64,000 nt of DNA from Deltaproteobacteria bacterium (GCA_040218735.1 JAVJQW010000003.1:32001-96000); one strand, 5' to 3'; numbered from the stretch's first letter, positions 10,105 through 20,900 are shown. Notes: generated by a model from the letters alone, not told the origin. A program made the numbers and translations.

Positions 10105-12090
10105 TCAGGACTTTGCAAGGTCGAGGCTACGCCGACGACGGCGTCCCCACCACAGCAGCAAGCCACCGACGAGGAGCGGCGCACCGGGTTCGGGCGCAGC
10201 CGTGGTGCACTGACACCCGTCGGAGCCCCCCGCGCCCGAGCTCGTGGCCCGCGCGCTGAGCACGAATACAGCCTCGCGCCGACGTCCCGCGCCGTCCACG
10301 ACACGGAGGATGAACGGCTGATCCGTCTCCCTAAACGCCACGCCGTAGAGCCGAAGCGTCCCAACCGGCGCCGCTTCGCCGTCTCCCGCCTCGAGGAAGA
10401 AGCCGTCCGGCGTCTGCGACCCGGGCGCGAGCCGCCACGTCAGCGGCTCGACGCCGCCCTCCGCCTCGAACACCACCTCGTAGCGCGCGCGCACCGTCGC
10501 CGGCTCCAGCGGCCCGTTCACGATCCGGAACGCCGGGTCGTCCTCGACGATCACCGTGAGCAGCGCCGAATCCGTCGACGGGTCCATCGTCGAGTCCGCC
10601 GCGCGGACGCGCATCTTGAACTCCCCGACCTGCGTCGGCGTCCCGGACAACATGCCCTCGCGGGACAGCTCCAATCCGGGCGGCTCCGGCGTCAACGCGC
10701 TCCAGGTGTACGGCCCGACGCCACCGATCGCCTGCAGCTCGACTTCGACGCTCCCCCCGAAGGGCACCAGCTCCGGCTCACGCGTGAGCACCAAGACCTG
10801 CGACGCGAAGATGACGTCGACGGAGAAGGACGCGGTGGTCGTGTTGTCGCGGAAGTCGACGACGCGGACCTCGAAGTCGTACGTGCCGATGTCCGTCGGC
10901 GTCCCCGAGAGGATCCCGTCTTCGTCGAACGTCATGCCCTGCGGCAGATCGCCCCCCTCCAGGCTCCAGACGTACGGCCCCTCGCCGCCGCCCGCGACGA
11001 AGCGCTGCTCGTACGGCAACCCACGAAACGCGGGCAACACGTCGAGCTGCACGATCTCGATCGGCGCGTTGGTCGGGTGCACCTGCACCGAGAAGCTGTT
11101 GGTGTCCGTGCGCCCGTCGGACGTCACCTCCACGTCGAAGCTGAACGTCCCGGTGCGTACCGGCTGCCCGGACAGGACGCCCGCGGTGGAGAGCGTCAGC
11201 CCGTCCGGCAACGACCCGGCCGTCACCGCGAAGTCGTAGGCGCCGTCTCCGCCGCGCGCGACGAAGTACAGCTCGTAGAACACCAGCAGCGTCGGGTCCG
11301 GCGCGATCGTCGTGTCGAGCGTGAGGGTGTCCCAACGAACGGTGAGGGGGTCCGGCGCGATCGCCGTGTTGTCGGTCTCGACGCCCTCGACGATCGCGCC
11401 GTCGGGGTCGATCACCACGCCGACGGTGTACACGCCGGCGGGGGTCGCCGCGGGGATCGTGGCGGAGATCGTCGGGGTCGACTCGGCGCCGGGCGCGAGG
11501 GTCACCGAGCTTCGCGCGATCTCGATGTCGCGGGTGTCGACGACGTCGTCTCGGCTCAGCACCACCGCGAAGTCGATCGGCCCGCCCAGCTCACCGCCGT
11601 TGCGGACGGTGACGTCCACCTCGAGGGTGCCTCCGCTCGTCACCGTGTTGGACGCGGGCGCGATCGCCACCGCGACGCCGTCGACCGCGGGCGCACGCAC
11701 CGTGAGGTAGGTGTCCTTCGCGACGAAGTTGTCGAACTCGTTCGATTCCGTCACCGCGCCCGCCGGGTCGAGGCGCATCGCGATCTGGTAGGCGCCGTCG
11801 ATCCCCGCCGGCACCGTCCGGCTGAAGGTCAGCTCCTGGCGCAGGCCGGCGGGCGCCGTGATCGGCCCGAACGGCGCGAGGGTCACGGCGGTCGACAGCT
11901 GCGCGTTGCGAACCAGCAGCAGCTCCCCCGAAAACGCGGGGGTGGTGCCGTCGCTGATCAGCACCACGTCGAAGTCCGCGGCGCGGCCCGCGACGAGCAC
12001 CGGCGGCGCGTCGACGTCGAGCGCGACGAGGTTCTGCGCGGAGGCCACCGACGGAACGGCCAGCAGCAACAAGACGGACGCGCGCAGCAT
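10105..12090 (-). CDS. MYXO-CTERM surface protein with 2 CARDB-like and 4 He_PIG (putative Ig) domains
   Basis: Signal MLRASVLLLLAVPSVASA-Q; CARDB motifs LDPAGAVTESNEFDN and IDPDGAIVEGVETDN; Ig repeats GSLPDGLTL...GVLSGQP; C-terminus GCQC...LLVGGLLLWWGRRRRR. Alternative start 12126. Confidence 0.85.
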   Translation of the reverse strand: MLRASVLLLLAVPSVASAQNLVALDVDAPPVLVAGRAADFDVVLISDGTTPAFSGELLLVRNAQLSTAVTLAPFGPITAPAGLRQELTFSRTVPAGIDGAYQIAMRLDPAGAVTESNEFDNFVAKDTYLTVRAPAVDGVAVAIAPASNTVTSGGTLEVDVTVRNGGELGGPIDFAVVLSRDDVVDTRDIEIARSSVTLAPGAESTPTISATIPAATPAGVYTVGVVIDPDGAIVEGVETDNTAIAPDPLTVRWDTLTLDTTIAPDPTLLVFYELYFVARGGDGAYDFAVTAGSLPDGLTLSTAGVLSGQPVRTGTFSFDVEVTSDGRTDTNSFSVQVHPTNAPIEIVQLDVLPAFRGLPYEQRFVAGGGEGPYVWSLEGGDLPQGMTFDEDGILSGTPTDIGTYDFEVRVVDFRDNTTTASFSVDVIFASQVLVLTREPELVPFGGSVEVELQAIGGVGPYTWSALTPEPPGLELSREGMLSGTPTQVGEFKMRVRAADSTMDPSTDSALLTVIVEDDPAFRIVNGPLEPATVRARYEVVFEAEGGVEPLTWRLAPGSQTPDGFFLEAGDGEAAPVGTLRLYGVAFRETDQPFILRVVDGAGRRREAVFVLSARATSSGAGGSDGCQCTTAAPEPGAPLLVGGLLLWWGRRRRRSLDLAKS

Positions 12091-12147
12091 CGACGCGAGG
12101 CTAGTACGGGCGAACGCAAACGACACGGAGTTTTAGGGCCGTATCGG

Positions 12148-13689
12148 TCACTCGTTCGGGTCGGGGCACAACAGCCCGCGGAAGTACCCCTGCGAGGGCG
12201 TCAGCGTTCCGGAGGGCCAGCTCAGCGTGCCGACCTCCCACAGGTCGTTGTCCTGCTCGAGCTTGCGCGACACCTCGGCCGCGAGCAGCCCGTAGACGAA
12301 CACCCGAACCGTGGCGTTCGACTCGTTCGTCGGCCACGAGGACACCGCCTCGTTGCTCGCGTAGTAGTGCACCGCGATACGGTATTCGCCGTCCGGGATG
12401 TACCGGTCGGTGCCGTCGCCGTCGAGGTTGATGTTCTCCGGCCCGAAGCCGCTGCGGTCGTCGACGTCCAGCCTCGGGTTGGCGCCCGGGAACTGCGGGA
12501 ACCAGATCGGCTCGCGCGCGCAGTCCCGGTAGTGGACGTCCGTGATGCAGCTGCAGAAATCGTACGTCGGCCGGAGGAAGTGCAGGTCGAGGTCCGAGTC
12601 CGGGTGGTCCCAGGTCAGCTCGATGCGAATCGCGTTCGTCGGCAGCGCCTCGATCAGCACCACCTTCGGCTCGCTCTCCAGCCCGAGGCTGTCGATGACC
12701 ACCAGCTCGACCTCGTACACCCCGGTCAGGTCCGCCCAGAAGCTCGGCCGCACCGTGCGCGCGCGCTCCAGCGCGGTCGTGCTCCCGTCCGGCTTCGCCA
12801 CCAGGCGCCACCGGTAGGTGAGCGGCTCGTCCGGCGGGATGTCCTGGTCGTAGCTCTCGGAGCCGTCGAGCGTGACGCGCGACCACGGCTCCACCGTGAG
12901 GTCGTCCCCGGGCACCGCCACCGGCGGGCGGTTCGCGAGACCGCCGATTGGGATCTGCACGACCCCGGGCTGCCCCGGCACGTTCTTCTCCTCGAGCACG
13001 TTCGTCTCGACGTAGATCGTCGCGGTGATCGTTCCCGTCCCGGACTCCGGGACCTCCGCGCGCAGGCTGACGCTCGCTTGCGCCCCCGGCTCGAGCACCC
13101 CGGGCATCTCGGGCGTCGGCGTGGAGGTCGTGATGCGGAACGGCGCGCTCGGCGGGTCGATACGGATGCGGTCGACGAGCAGGTCGTTCGTCCCGGTCGA
13201 TCGCACGACGAACGAAGCGAGCGCGATCCCGCCGGCCGGGATGAAGCCGAAGTCGATACGCTCGGGGAGCACCTCGACGTCCGGGCGCCGCATGTCGCTG
13301 CCGCGCCCGACCAGGAACACCTTCAGCTCGGGCGCGTTGGGGTCGTCGGTCGCGATGGTCACCGTGCCGGTCGAGGCCGCGAGGCGCTGGGCGCGGTAAC
13401 GGATCTCGAGGTCGTGGAAGCCGAAGCCGATCAGGTTCTCGACCGGGTTCTGGACGACGAAGCACCCGTCGCAGTCGTCCTCCACCTCGATGCCGGAGAC
13501 GACCGCCGGCACCGTCTCGAGGTTCTGGATGCGCACGGTCTTCACGACCTGCTGCGTCAACTCGACGGTGCCGAAGTCGAGCTCCTGCGGATCCACGGTC
13601 AGGATCGGGTCGATCGTTCCGACGATCGTGTCCTCGCAGGCGACGAACGCCAGGAGCGCGAGGGACCCGGTGAGCAGGCTTCGACGCAT
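12148..13689 (-). CDS. Lipoprotein with ASH/choice-of-anchor-D Ig domains, a PKD-like domain and a C-terminal YfaP/DUF2135-like domain
   Basis: MRRSLLTGSLALLAFVA-C lipobox; two LDFG/IDFG ASH-type repeats; NRPPVAVPG...VTLDGSESYD...LTYRW PKD-like; IELTWDHPDSDLDLH...LDVDDRSGFGPENI. Confidence 0.8.
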   Translation of the reverse strand: MRRSLLTGSLALLAFVACEDTIVGTIDPILTVDPQELDFGTVELTQQVVKTVRIQNLETVPAVVSGIEVEDDCDGCFVVQNPVENLIGFGFHDLEIRYRAQRLAASTGTVTIATDDPNAPELKVFLVGRGSDMRRPDVEVLPERIDFGFIPAGGIALASFVVRSTGTNDLLVDRIRIDPPSAPFRITTSTPTPEMPGVLEPGAQASVSLRAEVPESGTGTITATIYVETNVLEEKNVPGQPGVVQIPIGGLANRPPVAVPGDDLTVEPWSRVTLDGSESYDQDIPPDEPLTYRWRLVAKPDGSTTALERARTVRPSFWADLTGVYEVELVVIDSLGLESEPKVVLIEALPTNAIRIELTWDHPDSDLDLHFLRPTYDFCSCITDVHYRDCAREPIWFPQFPGANPRLDVDDRSGFGPENINLDGDGTDRYIPDGEYRIAVHYYASNEAVSSWPTNESNATVRVFVYGLLAAEVSRKLEQDNDLWEVGTLSWPSGTLTPSQGYFRGLLCPDPNE

Positions 13690-13803
13690 GAGCGTGAGGA
13701 GTCTACCCTGCTCCGTAGGCTGGTGGCCCCGAAATATCCCCGGCGTCGCTCCGCGCCGGGGAGGGGGTGACCGAAGCCGTCCGATCTTGGGTATAGAGGC
13801 GGC

Positions 13804-15393
13804 ATGCGACGCGCCCCCTGGCTCCTGCTCTGGCTGCTGCAAACCGCGTGTCCCTCCAGCGGCGGCGCCGACCCGATGCAGGACCCGCCCTTCGACGCCG
13901 GACTCCTCGACGCTGGTTTCTACGACGGCGGGCGCCCGACGGATCCCCAGGACGGCGGCCCGGACGGCGGCTCGGACGACGCAGGCCCCGGCCCGGACGC
14001 CGGCGAGCGCGACGCCGGCCCGCGCGACGCCGGCCCGCCCACGAACCCCTGCAACTTCGTGCGCGGCGACGACGTCGCGCAGTACGCGGCGGTCCTCGCC
14101 TGCCTCGCCGACCCCGACGCGCCCGAGGGCGACAAACGCGGCTTCGTGCAGGACTTCGTCGCGGCGGTCGAGACGCAGGGCGGCTTCCCGATCGCGACCG
14201 ACGACGGCTTCATCTTCGTCTACGTCCGCACCGCGGCGCTCGACGTGGAAGACGACGCCAACGCCGCCGAGGACTTCACTGCGAGCCGGCGCCGCACGCC
14301 GATCTCCGTCACCGGCGACTTCGACATGTGGACCCCCGGCACCCACGTGCTGACCGACCACGACTACGACTTCTTCTCCGCCGAGGTCCCGGTGGATCCG
14401 GTGCTCTTCGAACGCGCGCGCTACAAGTTCGTCGCGCAGGACGACAACGGCGCGGACGTGTGGTTCTCGGATCCGCTCTCCCGCCGCTTCGACTTCGACG
14501 AAAACGGCCGCATCTCGATCGTCCGCGGCGGGCCCGCGCAGGGGCACCTCGAGTGGATCCGCGACGTCGAGGCGACGATGCTCGGCAACGTCCGCCCGAT
14601 CTATTTGTACGTCCCGCCCGGCTACGACACCACGGCCGGCGAGCGTTACGCCGTCCTGTACATGCACGACGGCAACAACCTCTTCGACGCCCAACAGCCG
14701 CGCGCCGCGCCGGTGAGCTGGGAGGTCGACGCGGTGCTCGAAGCAGAGATCGCCGCGAACACGTCGCGCGCGGGGATCGTCGTCGGCATCCCGAACAACG
14801 CAAACCGCATCGGCGAGTACACACACATCGCGGACGACTTCGGCGACGGGCTGCTCGGCGGCGACGGCGACCTGTACGCGCACTTCGTCGCGGAACAGCT
14901 CAAGCCGCTCGTCGACACGCGCTACCGCACGTTCACCGACCGCGCGAACACCGGCGTCTTCGGGTCGAGCCTCGGCGGCCTCGTTTCGTTCCACATCGGG
15001 CTGCAGTACCCGGGGGTGTTCCGGTTCGTCGGGGGCATGTCGTCGACGTTCAACTGGGGCCGCTTCGGCGCGATGGGCCCGAACATGGTGGAGGTCTACG
15101 AGGCGGACACCAACCTCGGGACCCGAAACCAGATCTTCTACCTCGACAGCGGCGGCGGCGCCGGCACCGGGTGCTCGGCGGGCAGCGGATCCGACAACTA
15201 CTGCGAGACCCTCGAGATGCGCGCCGCCCTCGTCGCCGCGGGCATCAGCACGTTCCCGGACGACCCGGACGCCGTGCCGCTCACCCCGGCGGACCTCGAC
15301 GTCTTCCACTACTGGGAACCCGACGCGCCGCACGCCGAGGCGAGCTGGAACGCGCGTCTGCACCGACCGCTGAGGATGTTCTTCCGCCGCTGA
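13804..15393 (+). CDS. Lipoprotein alpha/beta-hydrolase (putative esterase family)
   Basis: Lipobox LLQTA-C; DAG-rich linker; YLYVPPGY, VLYMHDGNNLF, nucleophile elbow GSSLGG, YLDSG, catalytic His in PHAEASW. Confidence 0.85.
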   Translation: MRRAPWLLLWLLQTACPSSGGADPMQDPPFDAGLLDAGFYDGGRPTDPQDGGPDGGSDDAGPGPDAGERDAGPRDAGPPTNPCNFVRGDDVAQYAAVLACLADPDAPEGDKRGFVQDFVAAVETQGGFPIATDDGFIFVYVRTAALDVEDDANAAEDFTASRRRTPISVTGDFDMWTPGTHVLTDHDYDFFSAEVPVDPVLFERARYKFVAQDDNGADVWFSDPLSRRFDFDENGRISIVRGGPAQGHLEWIRDVEATMLGNVRPIYLYVPPGYDTTAGERYAVLYMHDGNNLFDAQQPRAAPVSWEVDAVLEAEIAANTSRAGIVVGIPNNANRIGEYTHIADDFGDGLLGGDGDLYAHFVAEQLKPLVDTRYRTFTDRANTGVFGSSLGGLVSFHIGLQYPGVFRFVGGMSSTFNWGRFGAMGPNMVEVYEADTNLGTRNQIFYLDSGGGAGTGCSAGSGSDNYCETLEMRAALVAAGISTFPDDPDAVPLTPADLDVFHYWEPDAPHAEASWNARLHRPLRMFFRR

Positions 15394-15486
15394 GTTGCAG
15401 CGCGTGCAACCCAGCTTGCCTCTAACGGCTTCGACGCGCCGAACCCTACCGACGCGGGTCGGAACACCTCTTGCTCTGGTACGAGG

Positions 15487-15729
15487 GTGATGCGCATCCA
15501 GGCCGAAGCCGCCGTCACCTATACCCGCGTCGAGGACCAACGCGCCGAGACGCTCACCCACGCCGAGCAGGTCGACTTCGTCGCCCGCGAGGTCGAGGGG
15601 GTCTTCCAGGCGATCGTGGAATCGTCGATCCAGCAGATGGAGGCGTACGCCGATCTGCTCGCGTCGGTCACGAAGACGGTCGACGAGTTCCGCCGAGACG
15701 AGGTCGACGACGACGACGACGATCCGTGA
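15487..15729 (+). CDS. Small acidic hypothetical protein
   Basis: GAGG precedes the start; helical segment GVFQAIVESSIQQMEAYADLLASVTKTVDEF with host-like codon usage. Confidence 0.55.
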   Translation: MMRIQAEAAVTYTRVEDQRAETLTHAEQVDFVAREVEGVFQAIVESSIQQMEAYADLLASVTKTVDEFRRDEVDDDDDDP

Positions 15730-15778
15730 GCCCGCCCACGTCTTCGCGCCCGTCGCGAACATCGGCGATGATGGCGAC

Positions 15779-16480
15779 GTGCCCCGCCTCCGACTGCTCC
15801 TGACCACGGCGCTCCTCGGCGCCGCCAGCCTCCACTGCGCCTTCCCCGTGGGATCCCGCGCCCGCCCCGCCGAGGCGATGGCCAAGGACCGCATCGCGGT
15901 CGGGGCCGGCGGGCTGGTCCCGCTCGGGTTCGTCGGGCAGCTCGACTTCCCGGGCGACGACAAGGAAGCGACCGACGTCAGCCAGGCCGACGTCGGTGAC
16001 TTCGTCCCGGTGGGTTCTTTCGACTGGGCGATCGGCGACGGTGAGTACGCCGGCGTCGACATCTCCTACACGAAGTTCGGAGCCGGTTACTTCGACCTCG
16101 TCGTCATCAACCCGCGCTTCGAATATCCGTTCGGCGGCAAGGACCGAAACTTCTCGCTCACGTTCGACGCGAACTTCATGTACGCGAACGGCAACAACGA
16201 GGACTTCTCGTTCGCGGCGCCGTTCATGCAACCCATGATGGGTGTGCGCTACTACCTCGACCTGTACCACGTCGGCTTTGTCATCTCGCAGTCGATCGGC
16301 ACGTCGATCATCTCGTTCTACGCACCCGGCGGCATCTCGATCGACGTCCCGATCCGCTTCGGCGAGGGCCTCCCGACGCTGCACTTCATGCCGGAGTTCC
16401 GCTGGGACCCCACCATCTTCGTCGCGGTCGCGCGCTTCGTGATGTTCTCGGCGGGCGGCGTCGTGATGTTGGAGTTCTGA
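15779..16480 (+). CDS. Hypothetical exported protein, probable outer-membrane beta-barrel
   Basis: Signal/lipobox LLGAASLH-C; alternating aromatic beta-strands; C-terminal Phe (VMLEF). Confidence 0.65.
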   Translation: MPRLRLLLTTALLGAASLHCAFPVGSRARPAEAMAKDRIAVGAGGLVPLGFVGQLDFPGDDKEATDVSQADVGDFVPVGSFDWAIGDGEYAGVDISYTKFGAGYFDLVVINPRFEYPFGGKDRNFSLTFDANFMYANGNNEDFSFAAPFMQPMMGVRYYLDLYHVGFVISQSIGTSIISFYAPGGISIDVPIRFGEGLPTLHFMPEFRWDPTIFVAVARFVMFSAGGVVMLEF

Positions 16481-16487
16481 CCTTCGC

Positions 16488-17276
16488 TCACTTCGTCGGC
16501 GTGAACGGCGTCCGCGGCGGGCGCTTGGGCGCCGCGGGCTTCTTCTCTTCCTCGCGCGACGCCGTCATCGGCGCCTTGACCTTCGGCTCCGTCGGGATCG
16601 CGAGGCGCTTGGCCAACCGCGTCGCCGCGTCGCGCAGGCCGCGGTCCTCACACGGCGCCTTCGCGGTCGCCGCCCAGTCGCCGGTCTCGGTCTTCAGATC
16701 GTAGAGCGTCAGCGCGACGACGCAGCCGTCGTCCGATCCGAACACGCGCGGGACGAGGACGCGCTCCGCCGCGAGCGCGCGGCCGATCTCGATCGCACAC
16801 CGCGCGTCCACACACGCCGCGAGCGACGCCGCCTTCACCTCGCGGTTCGCCTCTTCGATCGCGCGCCGCGGGACGAACCGGAAGCGATCCATCGCGGTGA
16901 GCTCCAGGAACAGCAACGCGTCGAGCGCGTCGACCGTGTTCGGCTCGAGCCCATGCGCCTCGATCGGGAGGAGCGCCACGACCTCGCCGTAGCCGAGCGG
17001 GCTCTCCTTCGCGAGCTGCGCCGCGACCTCGACCTTCAGCGACGCTTCGATCTCTTGACGTCGCGCCGTGCGCTTCTTCCGAAGGGCCGCGGTCTCCACG
17101 TCGCGCTCGTGCGCGCGCAACCTGGCGTCGCGTCCCTCGCGCACCAGCCGCGCGTGCTCCGCGCGCACCTTCGCGCTGCGCCGCGTGCGACCGCTGTTCG
17201 CCTCGCCCACCGCCTGCAAGAAGGTGACGCACCCGGTCTGGCCGACGAGGAGGAGGGCGATCGCCAATCGATTCAT
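16488..17276 (-). CDS. Hypothetical lipoprotein with a CsgG/TolB-N-like domain
   Basis: MNRLAIALLLVGQTG-C; ACVDARCAIEIGRALAAERV...LTLYDLKTET; ATGA overlap with the upstream paralogue. Confidence 0.7.
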   Translation of the reverse strand: MNRLAIALLLVGQTGCVTFLQAVGEANSGRTRRSAKVRAEHARLVREGRDARLRAHERDVETAALRKKRTARRQEIEASLKVEVAAQLAKESPLGYGEVVALLPIEAHGLEPNTVDALDALLFLELTAMDRFRFVPRRAIEEANREVKAASLAACVDARCAIEIGRALAAERVLVPRVFGSDDGCVVALTLYDLKTETGDWAATAKAPCEDRGLRDAATRLAKRLAIPTEPKVKAPMTASREEEKKPAAPKRPPRTPFTPTK

Positions 17277-17923
17277 CGCGCGTCCGTCTTCTCCGCCAGC
17301 GAGCGCGCCAAGCGCTCCGAGGCCACGAAGAGATCCATGAGCCGGCACGTGGTGGTCGTCGACGAAGCCCACAGGGTCGTCTCCGTCGCGAGGTCGTAGA
17401 GCGTCGCGCCGAGCTGACACCCGTCCTCCCGGACGAACAGCCCGGGCTCGACGGTGTGGTCCGCGGCGAGGCGACGGCCGAGCTCGATCTGACAGGCCTC
17501 GTCGTAACAAGCGCGGTACGACTGCGTCTTCGCGTCGACCAGCGCCGCGCGCATCCGATCCGGCGGCACCACGCGGTGCGTGGTCCGCTCGAGGAGGGCC
17601 GTCGCGAAGTACGCGGAGAGCTGCTGCGCATCGGCGTGCGACAGCACCGCGTCGTGATCCTCGACGTCGAACACCGCGACGATCGCCCCGTCCCTCGTGG
17701 GACGTTCCTTCTTCATCGCCGCGAGCAACGTCTGCTTACGCCGTGCGCGGTAGCGAGGTTCGTTCGAGAGGTCTTTGGAGACCACGTTGCGCCGCTTCAG
17801 CGCGCGGTAGCTGCTCCTCTTCGCGGCGCGCGTCGCGACGCGCTGGCGCTCGAGCGCATAGTCGGATCGATACGTCGAGGCACACGCCGCGGTCGTCAGC
17901 AGCAACAGCAGGCACCAACGCAC
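17273..17923 (-). CDS. Hypothetical lipoprotein, paralogue of 16488-17276
   Basis: LLLTTAA-C lipobox; ACYDEACQIELGRRLAADHT...ATLYDLATET. Confidence 0.7.
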   Translation of the reverse strand: MRWCLLLLLTTAACASTYRSDYALERQRVATRAAKRSSYRALKRRNVVSKDLSNEPRYRARRKQTLLAAMKKERPTRDGAIVAVFDVEDHDAVLSHADAQQLSAYFATALLERTTHRVVPPDRMRAALVDAKTQSYRACYDEACQIELGRRLAADHTVEPGLFVREDGCQLGATLYDLATETTLWASSTTTTCRLMDLFVASERLARSLAEKTDAR

Positions 17924-17984
17924 CGGATCAGCTTAGACGCGCGTCGTACCGGCGGACCACCCCGGGGGGCCGATGCGATGGTCG

Positions 17985-20900
17985 TCACACCCGACGACGG
18001 AACAAGAGCGGCAACACGAGGAGCAACAACGTCCACCCGCGCCCGCGCCCGCGCACACAGCGGCACCCCTGCTCGATCGGCGGCACCGGCGGCGGCGCGT
18101 TCACGAGCAGCGAGAACGGCGCCTGGGCGTAGCGGCCGCGGTCGTCGGTCACCGTCACGAGCACACTCACCACGCCGGTCTGCTGCGGCGTCCCGGCGAT
18201 GGTCAGGATCGGTGCGCCGGCGTTGGGATCGACCGTCCACATGACCCCCTGGTGGAACGCGGGGCCGAGCACGCGCCACGTCAGCGGCGGCTCGCCGCTG
18301 CGCGTCCTCAGCTCGACGGAGTACGGCTCGCCCGCGACGCCGAGCGGCAACGTGCTCGGCGTGATGCTGAAGCCCCCTTCGTGGAGGATCGTCAGCCGGA
18401 ACGTCGCGGTGTCGCTCGTCGCGCCCGCGCCGTTCTCCACCGCGTTCACGAGGAACTCACGCGTGCCCACGCCCTGCGGGATGCCGACGAGGCGCCCGCC
18501 CGGGGAGAGGACGATGCCGTCGGGCAGCGGCCCCGGCGAAGTGAACGTGACGCTCGACGTCGGCGTCTGTCCGATCACCTGCAGCTGATACGTGTACTCG
18601 TCGCCGAGCCGACCGTCCGGGAGGAGCGCCGCGACGATCGTGAGGCGTCCGGGCTCACCGACCGTGAGCACCAGATCCGCGCGCGCGGTATCGGTGCCGT
18701 CGGTGACCTCGACCGTCAGCTCGAAGATGCCGTCCTGACGCGGCACCCCCGTGAGGAGCCCCGACGGATCCATCTCGAGCCCGGGCGGCGGCGTGGTCAC
18801 CAGCGAGAACTGATAGCCGCCGGTCCCCCCCACCGCGACGATGCGCTGTAGCTGATCACTCGTCGCCCCCGCCGGCGCGGGCGGGTACGCGGCGCCGACC
18901 ACGCCGGGGAGCAGGTCGCGCGTGACGATCGCGATCCCCGCGCGCGGGTTCGCGACCTCCAGCGAGAACGTGCGCGTCGCCGAGACGCCGGCGCTGTCGA
19001 CCTGCAGCGTGACGTCCGACGTCACCTCCATCGTCGCGCGGCCGGAGATCTCGCCCGTCGCTGCGTCGAGGGTCAGGCCGTCGGGGAGCGCGCCGCCCGC
19101 GACGGACCAGGTGAAGCGCCCGTCGCCCCCCGCCGCGAAGACAAACGTCGTGTAGTCGACGCCGAGGTACGCACGCGGGAGCGACGCGGTGAGGACTTCG
19201 AGCTGACCGGTGCGAACGGTGAACGGCGCCGCGGCGACGCCGGTGTTCGCGAGGTCGTCGATCTCCAGGTGGTCGTTCGCAGGGTCGACGATCGCGCCGA
19301 GCTCGTAGCGCCCGGGGCGGACGTCGTTCGGGAGCGTGATGCTCCGGGTGATCGTCGCGGTGGCGGAGGGATCGAGCATCACGGTCCCCGCGTCGATCTC
19401 CAAGTCGTCGGCCGTGATGACGACGTTCTCGGACAGCCGCACCGACCACCCGGTGGTCTGACCGATGTTGCCGGTGTTCGCGAGGCGCAGCGTCACGTCG
19501 ATCGTCTCGCCGGGCGCGGCATCGGTCGGGGTGCTCTCGATGGAGACGACCTCGAAGTCGGGGCGGCGCGACGCGATCGTGAACGCGTCCAGCGTGACGG
19601 CGGTGTTGTTGGCTTCGTCGATCTCCGCGACGTCGTCGTCCGCGTCGACCACGAGGATCAGCCGGTAGTCCCCCGGCGGGGTCGGGAGTGGGACGGCGGT
19701 GGTCGCGGTGCGCACCCCCAGCTCGAACGGCGCGAGCGTCGTCGGCGCGGAGCGGTAGACGACGTGGCCGGTCTGCGTGGAGCCCTCGGGCACGAGGTGA
19801 AGCTCGTAGCGGAACGGGCCGAGCACCTGCGACGACAGCGAGTTGATCCGCACGTCGACGTCGAACGGCACCCCCTCGAACACCTGGTCGGGCGCGGTCA
19901 CCGCGGCGGCGACGAGCTCCGGGCCGACGTCCAGACGCGCGCGGAAGAACGCGTTCTCCAAGGCGGCGATATCGGTGCCCGAGCAGTTCGGCGTACACGG
20001 CGCGAGCGTGGCGCCGTTCGATCCCGTCGCGTCCTCGAACCCGATCGACGCCGACCACGCGAGCGGATCCGTCATGCTCAGCACCGGCCCGTAGTGGATC
20101 TCGAAGCGCCCCTCGCGCCCCTCGTACAGGCGCAACTGAACTTGCGGGCGCCCGCTCGTCGCGTTCCCGAGCACGTGCGCGTCGGTGTACTGCAGCACGA
20201 GCACACGGTTCGGCGCGACACCGTCCACACCGAAGTCGATCACCGTCGCGCGGAGGTCGTCCCAGATCGGCGCGATCACCGCGTCCGGCGCGATGCTGCT
20301 GGGGAAGAGGGTGTTGTTGAAGCCAACCGGCCCCGCACCGAACGTGATGTACCCGTTCGTCGTCGCGCGAAGCTGCGTGTACGAGCCACCGAAGTACGTA
20401 AACGCGAACGGGATCGGGATGATGACCTCCTCGTCGTCGTACAGCGGCGGCGGGAACGTCACCTGCGTCAGGTCGCTGCGCGCGACGTACGGCGCGGCGA
20501 TCGTCTCGGTGAAGTACGCCTGCGCCGACGCCTCGTTGGTCACGAGCAGCATCAGCAAGACCCACGGCCACCGCCGCCTCCGGCGCAGCAGCAGCGCACC
20601 GAGCAGCAACCAGGCCCACGCGACGCCGCGGCCCGACGAAGCCTGGCACCCGCACCCGTCGTCGCCGCCACCGTTGGTCGGCGTGATGCGCTCCGACACC
20701 GAGATGCCGAACGCCCGCACGCTCTGCTGACCGAGGTCGTCCTGCGCGAGCACGACGAAGCTGAAGACCCCCACCGAGCGCGGCTCGCCGGTGATCTTGC
20801 CCAGGCCGTCCATCGCGAGCCCCGGCGGCAGGTTGCCGGAGAGGATCGACAGCGTCGGTCGCGCCTGCGCGTTCGCGGCGACCACGTCGATCTGCACCTC

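Noticed and set aside
10021-13770. 1249-aa plus-strand ORF
   Set aside because: Antisense shadow of two well-formed minus-strand genes; R/V/H-rich composition typical of high-GC shadow frames.
13690-16062. Upstream 791 codons of the 1304-aa minus-strand ORF
   Set aside because: Antisense to the esterase gene; the lipoprotein starts at 13689.
20520-20670. Independent internal start for unit B at the junction
   Set aside because: No ATG/GTG with an RBS precedes the Arg run; the only Met lies inside the hydrophobic region, and the paralogous junction has none.
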